Shown piece by piece: positions 27,499 through 36,202 of a stretch of DNA of 46,358 bases. The DNA is from a bacterium (lineage in GTDB: Bacteria; Electryoneota; Electryoneia; Electryoneales; Electryoneaceae). The notes under the pieces are model-generated. The model did not search any database, was not told the origin of the DNA, and saw only the letters and a program-made list of their open reading frames with translations. The position numbers were made by a program, and so were the translations under genes. How positions within the stretch are numbered: the first letter of the stretch is position 1; each line of letters starts with the position of its first letter. The stretch is taken from contig JAZDLX010000197.1 of the NCBI GenBank assembly GCA_043801585.1, forward strand, positions 1-46,358, read 5' to 3'.

Positions 27499-28749
27499 AT
27501 GAGTGAAAATCGCCGGATCTTCCTGTTAGACCGCTCTTCGATGCAGGTAGCGCCCCTTCACGGCGCGTGTGCGCCTTTTACGAACTGTCAGGTCGTCCAC
27601 TTCGAATCGTTCGCTGACGCGAAAAAAGAGATGAGTGAAGGTCTGCCCGAGTTTATCCTTGCGAATTGGGACCTTCCCGATATGAAAGGCCTCGCGCTGT
27701 TGAAACAGATGGGAAAACGTGCGGAAACCGCAGGTATTCCCATCATGCTGTTCACCACCGATCGTCCTCTCAGCGAAATCCGCCAGGCGATGAATCTTGG
27801 TGCGAAGGACGTCCTCGGTGTCCCCATCGACTGGAATTTCCTTCATCGTCACCTCGTTCGGATTATGAACGAAACTCCACCTCAACCTCCCGGTGAGTAC
27901 GAGGAGGAAGAGGACGTGGAGATCATGAATTATCTCGACGGAGTGACACGATTGACCCCGATGCCTCAAATCGCCGCGCAGGTGCTGGCCATCAGTGAAG
28001 ATCCCCACAGTTCTGCCAGCCAATTGGCGGAGATCGTACAGAAAGACCCGGTGATCACCGCAAATGTGCTGAAACTGGTGAACAGTGCGTACTACGGGTA
28101 TCGCCGGTCGATCAGCAACATCCAGCAGGCGATTGTCGTGCTGGGATTCGACGAGGTGCGGAATGTGACCGTTGCCGCGTCTCTTTCCCAGGGATTGAAC
28201 ATCGAGGGTTCACGGCTGTTCCAGGGTAGCGATTTCTGGCTGCACTCGCTGGCTACGGCGACAATTGCGGGCGCGATTGCCAAGCGGAATCCGAAGGTGA
28301 ACGCGGATGACGCTTTCATCATCGGCCTCCTGCACGATATCGGGGACGTGATTCTCGACCAGCATTTTCACATGTTCTTCGAGAAGATTCTCGATGATGC
28401 CGAAGCGGGTGGAGAAAACCTGTCGCTCGTCGAGCGCAGGAGACTCGGTGTGGATCACGCGGAGATCGGCGGAGTTCTCGCGAGAAACTGGTTCCTGCCC
28501 GTTTCGATTGAAAAAGCCATTCTCTACCACCATGAGCCCTGGCGTGCGGACGAGTGGAATCATGGTGTCTTTCTCGCACATGCCGCAAACCTGCTTGCGG
28601 GTGTCGCCGGATATGGCATGAAGGGGAATCCCAAGCCTGAGGATCCCCACCCGATGGCATTCGAAACTCTCGGCCTTTCGGCGGAAACGCTCAAGGATTC
28701 CTGGGATTCACTCGAGCTTGACCTCGGATTCTTGAGGAACATCCTGTAA
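27499..28749 (+). CDS. Pseudo-receiver-HDOD domain protein
   Basis: DPVITANVLKLVNSAYYG, FWLHSL, GLLHDIG, DHAEIG, YHHEP; N-terminal REC fold with a degenerate site. Confidence 0.88.
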   Translation: MSENRRIFLLDRSSMQVAPLHGACAPFTNCQVVHFESFADAKKEMSEGLPEFILANWDLPDMKGLALLKQMGKRAETAGIPIMLFTTDRPLSEIRQAMNLGAKDVLGVPIDWNFLHRHLVRIMNETPPQPPGEYEEEEDVEIMNYLDGVTRLTPMPQIAAQVLAISEDPHSSASQLAEIVQKDPVITANVLKLVNSAYYGYRRSISNIQQAIVVLGFDEVRNVTVAASLSQGLNIEGSRLFQGSDFWLHSLATATIAGAIAKRNPKVNADDAFIIGLLHDIGDVILDQHFHMFFEKILDDAEAGGENLSLVERRRLGVDHAEIGGVLARNWFLPVSIEKAILYHHEPWRADEWNHGVFLAHAANLLAGVAGYGMKGNPKPEDPHPMAFETLGLSAETLKDSWDSLELDLGFLRNIL

Positions 28750-28808
28750 AAGTCACCCCCACTCATCCCGGTGATGGAGAAGTTTGTTGTTCTGTGATTT
28801 GTTGGCGC

Positions 28809-28840
28809 AGCCCGGGGATGTATCCCCGGGCTCTTGTTTT
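28809..28840 (+). terminator. Terminator-like hairpin (after the HDOD gene or within the IS left end)
   Basis: AGCCCGGGGAT/ATCCCCGGGCT stem followed by a T-rich tract. Confidence 0.6.
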
Positions 28841-28986
28841 CCGTATCCCTTCCACCCTTTTATTACATAAAGTTTAGAAACCCGACTTGACGAGCAAGTT
28901 CCTATGATAGAGCATCGGTGCATCTCCGAGCGATCAACGTCGCATTTTTGGGGTAGAAGTACGAACCCAAGAAAGGAGAGGCACCG

Positions 28987-30054
28987 ATGGAGAATCAAGT
29001 TACAGCATCATCGTCGCTGGTGTCCATAGGGATCGATGTGGACAAGCAGAAGTCCGTGGTCGTCGCGCTTGAGGTGATGACGGGTCAGATTCTTTATGAG
29101 GGCGGTGTTGTTCATGACCGTGACAGTTGGCAGCGGGTGTTGCGGCGGTTGACGGGGTATCGGCTGTGGGCCTGTTATGAGGCGGGGTGTACGGGGTTTG
29201 GGTTGTGCCGGATGCTGCGTGAGCTTGGGGTGGATTGCCGTGTGGTGGCGCCGAGTGCGGTGCCGAAGGAGCCGGAACGCCGTCAACGGAAGAACGACCG
29301 TCTGGACGCGACGACACTCGCATTGATGGTGGTTCATCCTCCCCGGGTGTTTGTCCGTGTGCCAACGCCCCTTGAGGAGGATGACCGTCAGTTGATCCGG
29401 ACCCGCGAACAGTTGGTTCGTCAACGTGTTCGTGTGATCAACCAGGTGAAGGCGAAGCTCCTCTTTCACGGTTTATCGCTGGACGTGGCGGCACGTTCGG
29501 GGACGACGGTATGGGCTCAGGCCGTTCGTCCCCTGCTTCCGGAGGGAAGTTCACTGTGTACCGCGGTGGAGGCGCTGCTCGAACAGTTGGTGTCGCTGAA
29601 CACCCTGATCGGTCGTCTGGAACGCGCGTTGCGGAAGCTGGGCAAGGAGGATCGGTACGCGCAGGCGAATGTTCGTCTGCAGAGGATTCCGGGTGTCGGT
29701 CCGTTGACGGCGATGGCCTTTCTGACGGAGGTGTATCGTCCGGGAGATTTTACCACACCCCAGCAGCTCGTCTCGCACCTGGGTCTGGTTCCGACGGAAT
29801 GGTCAAGCGGCGGAACCGTCCGTCATGGTCATCTCACCCATTGGGGACCACCCCACCTGCGCCGACTGTTGGTGGAGGCCGCTTGGGTCTGGGTATACCG
29901 TGACCCCGATGCGAAGCGGTTGTATCTGGACCTCTGCCGGGGACGATTGCGCAAAAAGGCGATTGTCGCCATGGCCCGGCGGCTCGCCACCGCGATGTGG
30001 GCGATGACCGTGAAGGGGGAGGAGTATCGTTTCCACTGGAAACAGGCCGCTTGA
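28987..30054 (+). CDS. IS110-family transposase/recombinase
   Basis: GIDVDK, YEAG, KNDRLDA (DEDD), IPGVG, SSGG catalytic Ser, LRRLLVEAAW, AIVAMARRLA; AAGGAGAGG RBS. Confidence 0.96.
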   Translation: MENQVTASSSLVSIGIDVDKQKSVVVALEVMTGQILYEGGVVHDRDSWQRVLRRLTGYRLWACYEAGCTGFGLCRMLRELGVDCRVVAPSAVPKEPERRQRKNDRLDATTLALMVVHPPRVFVRVPTPLEEDDRQLIRTREQLVRQRVRVINQVKAKLLFHGLSLDVAARSGTTVWAQAVRPLLPEGSSLCTAVEALLEQLVSLNTLIGRLERALRKLGKEDRYAQANVRLQRIPGVGPLTAMAFLTEVYRPGDFTTPQQLVSHLGLVPTEWSSGGTVRHGHLTHWGPPHLRRLLVEAAWVWVYRDPDAKRLYLDLCRGRLRKKAIVAMARRLATAMWAMTVKGEEYRFHWKQAA

Positions 30055-30092
30055 AAAGAGAACCACGAAAGGAGAAAAAACAAGTATACAAA

Positions 30093-30234
30093 CCTTGCCG
30101 TGTATGTCTCTGGCGTGACCCCGGTGGCCCGGTGAGCCGATGAGCGTCGCCCTCAAGTATGTGGCACGCCACTGACATCGAACACAAAACATGCGACTAC
30201 GATCGCGAATAGCAGCACGACAACACGGTCAAGG
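30093..30234 (+). ncRNA. Candidate IS110 bridge/seek RNA in the right non-coding end
   Basis: Nested stems: CCTTGCCGTGT(30093-30103)/ACACGGTCAAGG(30223-30234) and ATGTC-TGGCGTG(30104-30117)/CACGCCA-GACAT(30165-30178), plus small hairpins inside internal loops. Confidence 0.55.
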
Positions 30235-30400
30235 GAAAACAGGCGGAGAAGGCACATGACCCTTGACTGCTCTACATAGCAGTCGGGCCACACACCTGTT
30301 CAGGACACACGCACGATCTCCTTAGCCTTTTTTGCTCTGCTCCCGCTTCGTGCATCGCTGACCGAGGAACTTATTTCGAGCAGAGTATTCACGCTCATAC

Positions 30401-30442
30401 AAAAAGCAACCGCCCACGCCTCTTGCGAGACGCGGGCGGTTT
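30401..30442 (-). terminator. Terminator of the flagellin operon
   Basis: AACCGCCC...GGGCGGTT stem with an adjacent A5 (U-tract on the minus strand). Confidence 0.65.
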
Positions 30443-30488
30443 CTTGCACACGCATTCGGTTCCTTTGCAAGGTTGTTCTCCCTGCTAC

Positions 30489-31322
30489 TTAACCAACAAG
30501 ACCCGCAACGATCTGAGGAATCATGTTAGCCTGCGACAGCATGGAGATACCTGTTTGCATCAGGAGCTGCGACCGGACGAAGTTACTCATCTCGGCCGCG
30601 ATGTCGGCGTCACGAATCTGGGATTCGGATGCCGTTGCGTTTTCCCGGGCAATTTGCAGGTTCTGGATCGTGTTCTGCAGTCGGCTGACCTGCGAACCGA
30701 TCCTTGTGCGTTCGGTATCCTTGACGTTGATTGCTGCATCGATGCTGGCGATGGAGTTCTGCGCCGACAGCGTCGTCAACAGGTTCAGTCCTGTAAGGCC
30801 GAGTGCCGAGGCACTCATGTCACCGAGGGTGACATAGTAGTAGTCCTGACCGCTGACGTTGTAAGTTCCGATGTGGAACTTGATGCCGTTCGCCGAGTAC
30901 GTACCATCGATCAGATGCAGACCGTTGTAGTTCGTGGTCTGCGCGATACGCGTAATCTCGGACGCGAGCTGCTGGAATTCCAGATCCAGCGATGCACGGT
31001 CCTGAGATGCAAGAGCACCGTTCGATGCCTGTATTGCCAGGGCACGCATGCGGTTGAGAGTATTGTCGATTGTCTGGAGAGAGCCTTCCGCCGTGGCCAG
31101 CAGGTTTACGTTGTAGTTGGCGTTCCGTTCAGCTTCGACCATGGAACCGATCTGGGCTCGAAAACGCTCACTGACTGCAAGTCCGGCGGGGTCGTCCCAG
31201 GCGTAGTTAATCCGGAGACCGGAAGAAAGTCTGGTCACTGCTGTGTCCAGAGAATTCTGGGTCATCCAGATGCTCCTCTGCGCAGTAATCGCGAGGATGT
31301 TATGGTTTATTCTGGTACTCAT
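30489..31322 (-). CDS. fliC: Flagellin (short, 277 aa)
   Basis: RINHNILA, RLSSGLRIN...DDPAGLA, SQIRDAD, QANMIPQ; GGAGG RBS before ATG 31322. Confidence 0.95.
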   Translation of the reverse strand: MSTRINHNILAITAQRSIWMTQNSLDTAVTRLSSGLRINYAWDDPAGLAVSERFRAQIGSMVEAERNANYNVNLLATAEGSLQTIDNTLNRMRALAIQASNGALASQDRASLDLEFQQLASEITRIAQTTNYNGLHLIDGTYSANGIKFHIGTYNVSGQDYYYVTLGDMSASALGLTGLNLLTTLSAQNSIASIDAAINVKDTERTRIGSQVSRLQNTIQNLQIARENATASESQIRDADIAAEMSNFVRSQLLMQTGISMLSQANMIPQIVAGLVG

Positions 31323-31339
31323 AAAAGTACCTCCGTCGT

Positions 31340-31605
31340 TTGTGGGGTGGTGCTGGCAAGCCAGCACCGAAGCCCTGAATGTTGCTTTTGCAGGTTGTCT
31401 GCGTTATACCGCTGGTTTGGTACTACGCGATGACATGCGGTCCGCGTGGTCGCGGTGACGCCGAAGCCTCACCGCCATGAGCCAGGTACTCCAACGGTCA
31501 GAAGCAGACAACAGTCGCTTGTCAAAGAACAAGGGCCTACTCTCACCCACCGAATGCGGGCAATACCCAACCGCGATGACGGGGTCGCAGTGGGTGTTGT
31601 CGCCT
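31340..31605 (-). ncRNA. Candidate structured RNA / leader between merR and the second flagellin
   Basis: Multiple nested stems with G-U pairs that favour the minus strand, and UUCG-capped hairpins (see findings). Confidence 0.55.
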
Positions 31606-31610
31606 GAACA

Positions 31611-32009
31611 TCAGTTCGAGGGACCCCCTCCCTGAGTTCGGGCAAACAATTTTCTGAGCAGATAGTCGGACATGGTTTCCGCGAGTTGATGCAAGTGCTT
31701 CTCATCAATGCCGGGAAGCGCGGCCTCCGCTGCTTCCTTGGCTGCCTCTTCGGCGGAAAGCTTTCGCCTGGCACCGTCGAGCGTATACCCTTCTTTATGG
31801 ACGAGCTTGTTGATCCGTTCAATCTTGTCAATCGTTGTCTCGTCGTACCGTCTCTGGTTACCGCGAGTCCTGTCAGGTTGCAAGTATTCAGTGAACTCTT
31901 TCTCCCAGAAGCGCAGAGTCGGTTTGGGTATCCCAGTGATCGCGTGCACCTGCCCGATGCTATACAGCTTACCAGGTCCTGTCGGCGTACTCATTCGTCG
32001 CGCCTCCAT
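31611..32009 (-). CDS. Small MerR-family HTH regulator
   Basis: YSIGQV...LRFWEKEF...RTRGNQRRY...GYTLDGA; start may be ATG 31994. Confidence 0.9.
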   Translation of the reverse strand: MEARRMSTPTGPGKLYSIGQVHAITGIPKPTLRFWEKEFTEYLQPDRTRGNQRRYDETTIDKIERINKLVHKEGYTLDGARRKLSAEEAAKEAAEAALPGIDEKHLHQLAETMSDYLLRKLFARTQGGGPSN

Positions 32010-32052
32010 GTTTCGGATCCTTCATCAGGCGGTAGCAATTCATGGCTCACTC

Positions 32053-32904
32053 CTAGCCGACCAGCTGCGCGACGATCTGCGGGACCATGTTGGCCTGAGC
32101 CAGCATTGAGACTCCGGTCTGCATCAGAATCTGAGCACGAACGAAATTGCTCATCTCCGCGGCGATATCTGCGTCACGAATCTGTGACTCGGATGACACT
32201 GCGTTCTCGCGAGCGATCTGAAGGTTCTGGATCGTACCCTGGAGCCTGCTGACGTAGGCACCGATACGGGTACGTTCACTGTCCTTGACCTCCATAGCGA
32301 AGTCAATCGAAGCAATCGCACTCTGCGCCGCCAACGTGTTCAAAACGTTGACACCTGTCAGACCGAGCGCACTCGCGCGCATGTCATGCAGAGTGACGTA
32401 GTAATAATCCTGCCCAAAGACGTTGTTTACACCAACGTGGAACTTCAGTCCCGAACGGCCGTCGTTTGTAGTGCCCGAAAGGCTGCCGTCAAGCAGATTC
32501 AGGTTGTTGTAGTTGACGGACGTCGCGATTCGTGTGATCTCGGAAAGCAGCAACTGGAATTCCTGGTCCAGTGCCCGGCGATCCGTTGAAGTCAACGCGC
32601 CGTTTGAGGCTTGAATCGCCAGCGAGCGCAGACGCACGAGTTTCTCGTCGATCGTCTGCAACGCGCCTTCTGCCGTCGCCATCAGGTTGATGTTGTAGTT
32701 GGCGTTCCGTTCCGCCTCCGACATCGAATCGATCAACGCACGGAATCTTTCGCTGATCGCCAAACCAGCCGGATCATCCCACGAGTAGTTGATCCGGAGA
32801 CCTGAACTGAGCCTGATAAGGGACGTGTCCAGGTCGGTTTGCGTCTTCCAAATGTTCCGTTGCGCAGTAAGCGCAAGAACATTGTGGTTGATGCGTGTAC
32901 TCAT
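32053..32904 (-). CDS. fliC: Flagellin (short, 283 aa)
   Basis: Same conserved N- and C-terminal flagellin motifs; AGGAGG RBS. Confidence 0.95.
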   Translation of the reverse strand: MSTRINHNVLALTAQRNIWKTQTDLDTSLIRLSSGLRINYSWDDPAGLAISERFRALIDSMSEAERNANYNINLMATAEGALQTIDEKLVRLRSLAIQASNGALTSTDRRALDQEFQLLLSEITRIATSVNYNNLNLLDGSLSGTTNDGRSGLKFHVGVNNVFGQDYYYVTLHDMRASALGLTGVNVLNTLAAQSAIASIDFAMEVKDSERTRIGAYVSRLQGTIQNLQIARENAVSSESQIRDADIAAEMSNFVRAQILMQTGVSMLAQANMVPQIVAQLVG

Positions 32905-33003
32905 GTGCTCCTCCTACGGTCGGTTTCAGGGTTCCGAACCCTGGGCGTCGCCGAGGCCTGGGGAGGTGAACGGCGATGCACTTGTGGAATCCTTCCTAAC
33001 ATC

Positions 33004-33031
33004 TTATCGGAATCCTGAAGGGATGACTTTA
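33004..33031 (-). promoter_or_regulatory. Sigma-28 (FliA/SigD) promoter
   Basis: Minus strand TAAA-N16-TCCGATAA, ~100 nt upstream of the flagellin start. Confidence 0.8.
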
Positions 33032-33244
33032 ACTATCCTGAGTCGGAGACTGAAGACCGGGGGGTAAAAACAGGGATGAACTTATTCTAAATAACTAAAT
33101 ATACGGTACTTAAGGTGGTTCAGAAATGCCATCCAATGACTTCAAGTTTTCTCGATAAATTCGATGAAATCCGAAGAGATATTCAAGGATACCCAACTTT
33201 TCACTGGAAGTATTCTGTGAGAAACGATCAACAAACCGAGGGCT

Positions 33245-33368
33245 GCCACTTCATTGATGTGTCATTCCCGCAACCTGTCCCGATCCGTCGTGAAAGCGGG
33301 AATCCAGAAGATCGGCCATCTTTCTCCATCTGGACCTCCGCCTGCGCAGGGGTGACATAAGAAGTGGG
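33245..33368. repeat. REP-like palindromic element of the GTCATTCCCGC...GCGGGAATCCAG class
   Basis: GTCATTCCCGC-[insert]-GAAAGCGGGAATCCAG ... CTGGACCTCCGCCTGCGCAGGGGTGAC, flanked by CCACTTC/GAAGTGG. Confidence 0.65.
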
Positions 33369-33462
33369 GCTGACATACAGGGCGAGGGTGACGACTGCAA
33401 TGTGTCCCTGTTTGCTTGTCAAACAGGGTTTATTCTCATTCTTCAATCCAATGATGGCACGT

Positions 33463-34695
33463 TCAATCCTCCGATCCGTCCATCAAGGCAGTTTCCTCAC
33501 CTTCGCTGCGGGCAATGACAACAGCCCCCACGGAATCGGACCATACGTTGACGGTCGTTCTCATCATGTCCAGGATGCGGTCGGTCACCATGATCAGCCC
33601 GATTCCTTCCAGTGGCAACCCGACAGTGCGCAGAATAATCGCGATGGCGACCAGGCTGGCCATCGGCACCCCGGCAACTCCAATAGAGGTCAGCAATGCT
33701 GTGAACACGATGATAAACTGTTGTAAAAAGCCAAGATGGATACCATAGGCCTGTGCGATAAAGATCGCCACCACGCATTCGTACAACGCCGTGCCATCCA
33801 TGTTGATCGTCGCCCCGAGGGGCAACACGAAGGACGTTGTCCGGTTCGAGACTCCCGATTTTTCCTCGACACAGCGCATTGTCAACGGCAGGGTGGCGTT
33901 CGAGGAGGCCGTGGAGAACGCGGTCAGCAGCGCTTCCGTCATCGCTTTCAGGTGGCGGAACGGGTTGGGAATCCCGCCGATGATTCTTAGCAGCAGCGGC
34001 AGTGTGATCAATGCGTGAATCAACAGCGCGGCGACAACGACGAAGAAGAATTTCAGCAGGGATGCGAATGCGGTGAAACCGGTCTGAGAAACGATTGAGG
34101 CGATCAGGCCGAAGATTCCTATTGGGGCGAACAGGATGATGAATCGGGTCATCTTCATCATCACTTCGAAGAAATGCTCGAAGAATTCCGTGAAGAACAA
34201 CCGACCCCGTTCGGGGAGACGCGTTGCGAACACTCCAAAAAGGATGCTGAAGAAAATCACGGCGAGCATATCCGCCTGAGCCATCGCCTGGAAGGGATTC
34301 TCAGGGATCATCCTCAGGACAATACGCCAGATCTCATTGGGGTCCACGTTATCCAGTACAGGGGTTTTGTGCAGGTTCAGCGCGCTTCCGACACCAGGAC
34401 TGAAAAGGTTGACGAGAATCAATCCGGTAAGGATAGCCAGTGTGCTTGTAGACAAATAGTAGAGCAGCGTTTTTCCACCCATGCGTCCCAGGTTTCGGGT
34501 GTCCCCCACGCCAAGGACACCGTAGGTAATCGAGGAGATGATCAGCGGTACGATGATCATTTTCAGCAGGCGGAGAAAGATCTGACCCAACGGATCCGCC
34601 ACCACCTGTATCGAAGGTCCGATCAGCCAACCGGCGAGGATGCCAGAGACGATTCCAGCAAAGATCCAGTGAGTAAGGCTCAGTTTTCGCAGCAT
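33463..34695 (-). CDS. Dicarboxylate/amino acid:cation symporter (DAACS, GltP-like)
   Basis: FLRLLKMIIVPL, AFSTASSNATLP, GATINMDGTA, GVAGVP, DRILDMMRT. Confidence 0.95.
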   Translation of the reverse strand: MLRKLSLTHWIFAGIVSGILAGWLIGPSIQVVADPLGQIFLRLLKMIIVPLIISSITYGVLGVGDTRNLGRMGGKTLLYYLSTSTLAILTGLILVNLFSPGVGSALNLHKTPVLDNVDPNEIWRIVLRMIPENPFQAMAQADMLAVIFFSILFGVFATRLPERGRLFFTEFFEHFFEVMMKMTRFIILFAPIGIFGLIASIVSQTGFTAFASLLKFFFVVVAALLIHALITLPLLLRIIGGIPNPFRHLKAMTEALLTAFSTASSNATLPLTMRCVEEKSGVSNRTTSFVLPLGATINMDGTALYECVVAIFIAQAYGIHLGFLQQFIIVFTALLTSIGVAGVPMASLVAIAIILRTVGLPLEGIGLIMVTDRILDMMRTTVNVWSDSVGAVVIARSEGEETALMDGSED

Positions 34696-34764
34696 TACTA
34701 CACCCCTCGTACATGGTCAAAAGAAAAGGGCTTGACAAGCCCCTCGCAGAAAAACACCACTTCC

Positions 34765-36027
34765 TTATAGGCGTCCTTCGAGCGCCTCGGCATGGAGTTC
34801 CCTTAGGAGCAAGATCATCGCCGGCGTCAGGTTCACATCCCTGCGTTCCATAACCCGCCGCGCCGTTTCGATGAACCGCTCGAAATCGTAGTATTCAAAT
34901 CCTGCTGCCCCACCCCATCGGAACGCACCGATCTCTTTCGGGGGGAAATCCGATCCGTAGATGTTACTGCCAATGCCAATCACCGTGCCGGTGTTGAGCT
35001 GTGTGTTGATCGCGGTCTTGACATGGTCACCGATGAGACACCCGAAAAAGAGACGGCCGGTGTCGATCTCCTCGCCGTCGATGCGAACGCTGACGTTGGA
35101 ATAGTTGTTCTTCAGATCGCTGTTGTTCGTATCCGCGCCGAGGTTCACCCATTCTCCGAGCACGGCATGCCCGAGGTAACCGTCATGCTGCTTGTTTGAA
35201 TGCCCCTGGATCAGGGTCTCCTCGATTTCACCGCCGAGTTTGCACTTCGGTCCCGCGACCACGGGACCGTGGAGCTTCGCTCCCGCATTGATTTTCGTGC
35301 CGGATGCGAGCGCCACAGGTCCCATGACAATCGCCCCGGGCATGATTTCTACCCGTTCTTCAAGCAGAATCGGGCCTCCGCTGGCATCGAGGATCGCACC
35401 AGCACGGACGGACGCCCCTTTCGCAACATGCATCCGTGATTCGTCCACGAGGATCGCGCGATGGTCGATTTCGCCGTCAAGGGCAGCTCCGAGCAGTGCA
35501 AACTGCTCTTCGATCGCCCCGCTCTGACGTTCGAGAAGATCCCACGGCCACCAGATGAGACTCCCCCGGGCCTCGAGCACACGGACCTCCGGAGCCGCCT
35601 GCACTGTGTTCCACGCCGACAGCAGCGCCTGAGTGGTGTAGTCGAGGGGATCATAGACCGGATGTGAGAACCACCTCCGGGCAACATCCACGGGAAGCCG
35701 TGCAGCGGCGACGTCCGGACCGTCCGTCCATACCGTCGCAGGACAATCGGGCGCAAGTCCCTCCGTGAACGGTTCTCCGGCGAAACGTCCATTCACCAAG
35801 AAAACATCACCCGTGACAGGCATCTGCCCCGTACCCATTTCGCCGAGCAGGCCGACAATCGAAGACCTGGCGATGCGTGCCTGAGGAGGGACATCGAGCA
35901 GAGTGGAGATTCTCTCGCCGAGAGTCTGCAGGCCGATTCGAAGGTCCCAGACGGGGCGCAGATGCGCAACCGGACCAAAACGGCGCCAGCCGGGGTCTTC
36001 AAACAGAATCAGGGGTGGGATTGACAT
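34765..36027 (-). CDS. GlmU-related sugar-nucleotidyltransferase/hexapeptide acyltransferase (FCB-type alternative GlmU)
   Basis: LRPVWDLRIG, SNKQHDGYLGH, NLGADTNNSDLKNNY, hexapeptide repeats; start set to MSIPP. Confidence 0.85.
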   Translation of the reverse strand: MSIPPLILFEDPGWRRFGPVAHLRPVWDLRIGLQTLGERISTLLDVPPQARIARSSIVGLLGEMGTGQMPVTGDVFLVNGRFAGEPFTEGLAPDCPATVWTDGPDVAAARLPVDVARRWFSHPVYDPLDYTTQALLSAWNTVQAAPEVRVLEARGSLIWWPWDLLERQSGAIEEQFALLGAALDGEIDHRAILVDESRMHVAKGASVRAGAILDASGGPILLEERVEIMPGAIVMGPVALASGTKINAGAKLHGPVVAGPKCKLGGEIEETLIQGHSNKQHDGYLGHAVLGEWVNLGADTNNSDLKNNYSNVSVRIDGEEIDTGRLFFGCLIGDHVKTAINTQLNTGTVIGIGSNIYGSDFPPKEIGAFRWGGAAGFEYYDFERFIETARRVMERRDVNLTPAMILLLRELHAEALEGRL

Positions 36028-36202
36028 ATTGGGCTCCCGCGGAAAGGTTTCCGCACAAGGTACACGCATCCTGTTCAGACGGCAACAATCGGTCCCCATT
36101 CTCCCTTTTCACCTCCACCTTTGAGATTCAACACTTTACATAGCCTGTTGAATTCTATAGATTAGCAGATGTTTGACAATCCTAATTAATACGAGGTCAG
36201 GG

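Larger units (their letters stand above)
28780..30283 (+). mobile_element. IS110-family insertion sequence (ends approximate)
   Basis: DEDD recombinase flanked by ~200-nt and ~230-nt non-coding ends, no terminal inverted repeats; CTTGAC...CATAG near the right end. Confidence 0.75.

Noticed and set aside
30423..31433. 336-aa plus-strand ORF
   Set aside because: Antisense shadow of flagellin.
31340..31605. c-di-GMP riboswitch, SRP RNA, 6S RNA or tRNA as identity of the structured region
   Set aside because: I could not find the GGCAAA/GAAA c-di-GMP-I pattern, the SRP GGAAGG loop or a cloverleaf by eye; the region is left unassigned.
30055..32904. TldR/TnpB-type RNA-guided flagellin repression system
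   Set aside because: No TnpB/Cas12-like ORF is present; the neighbouring mobile gene is an IS110 recombinase and its adjacency to the flagellins may be incidental.
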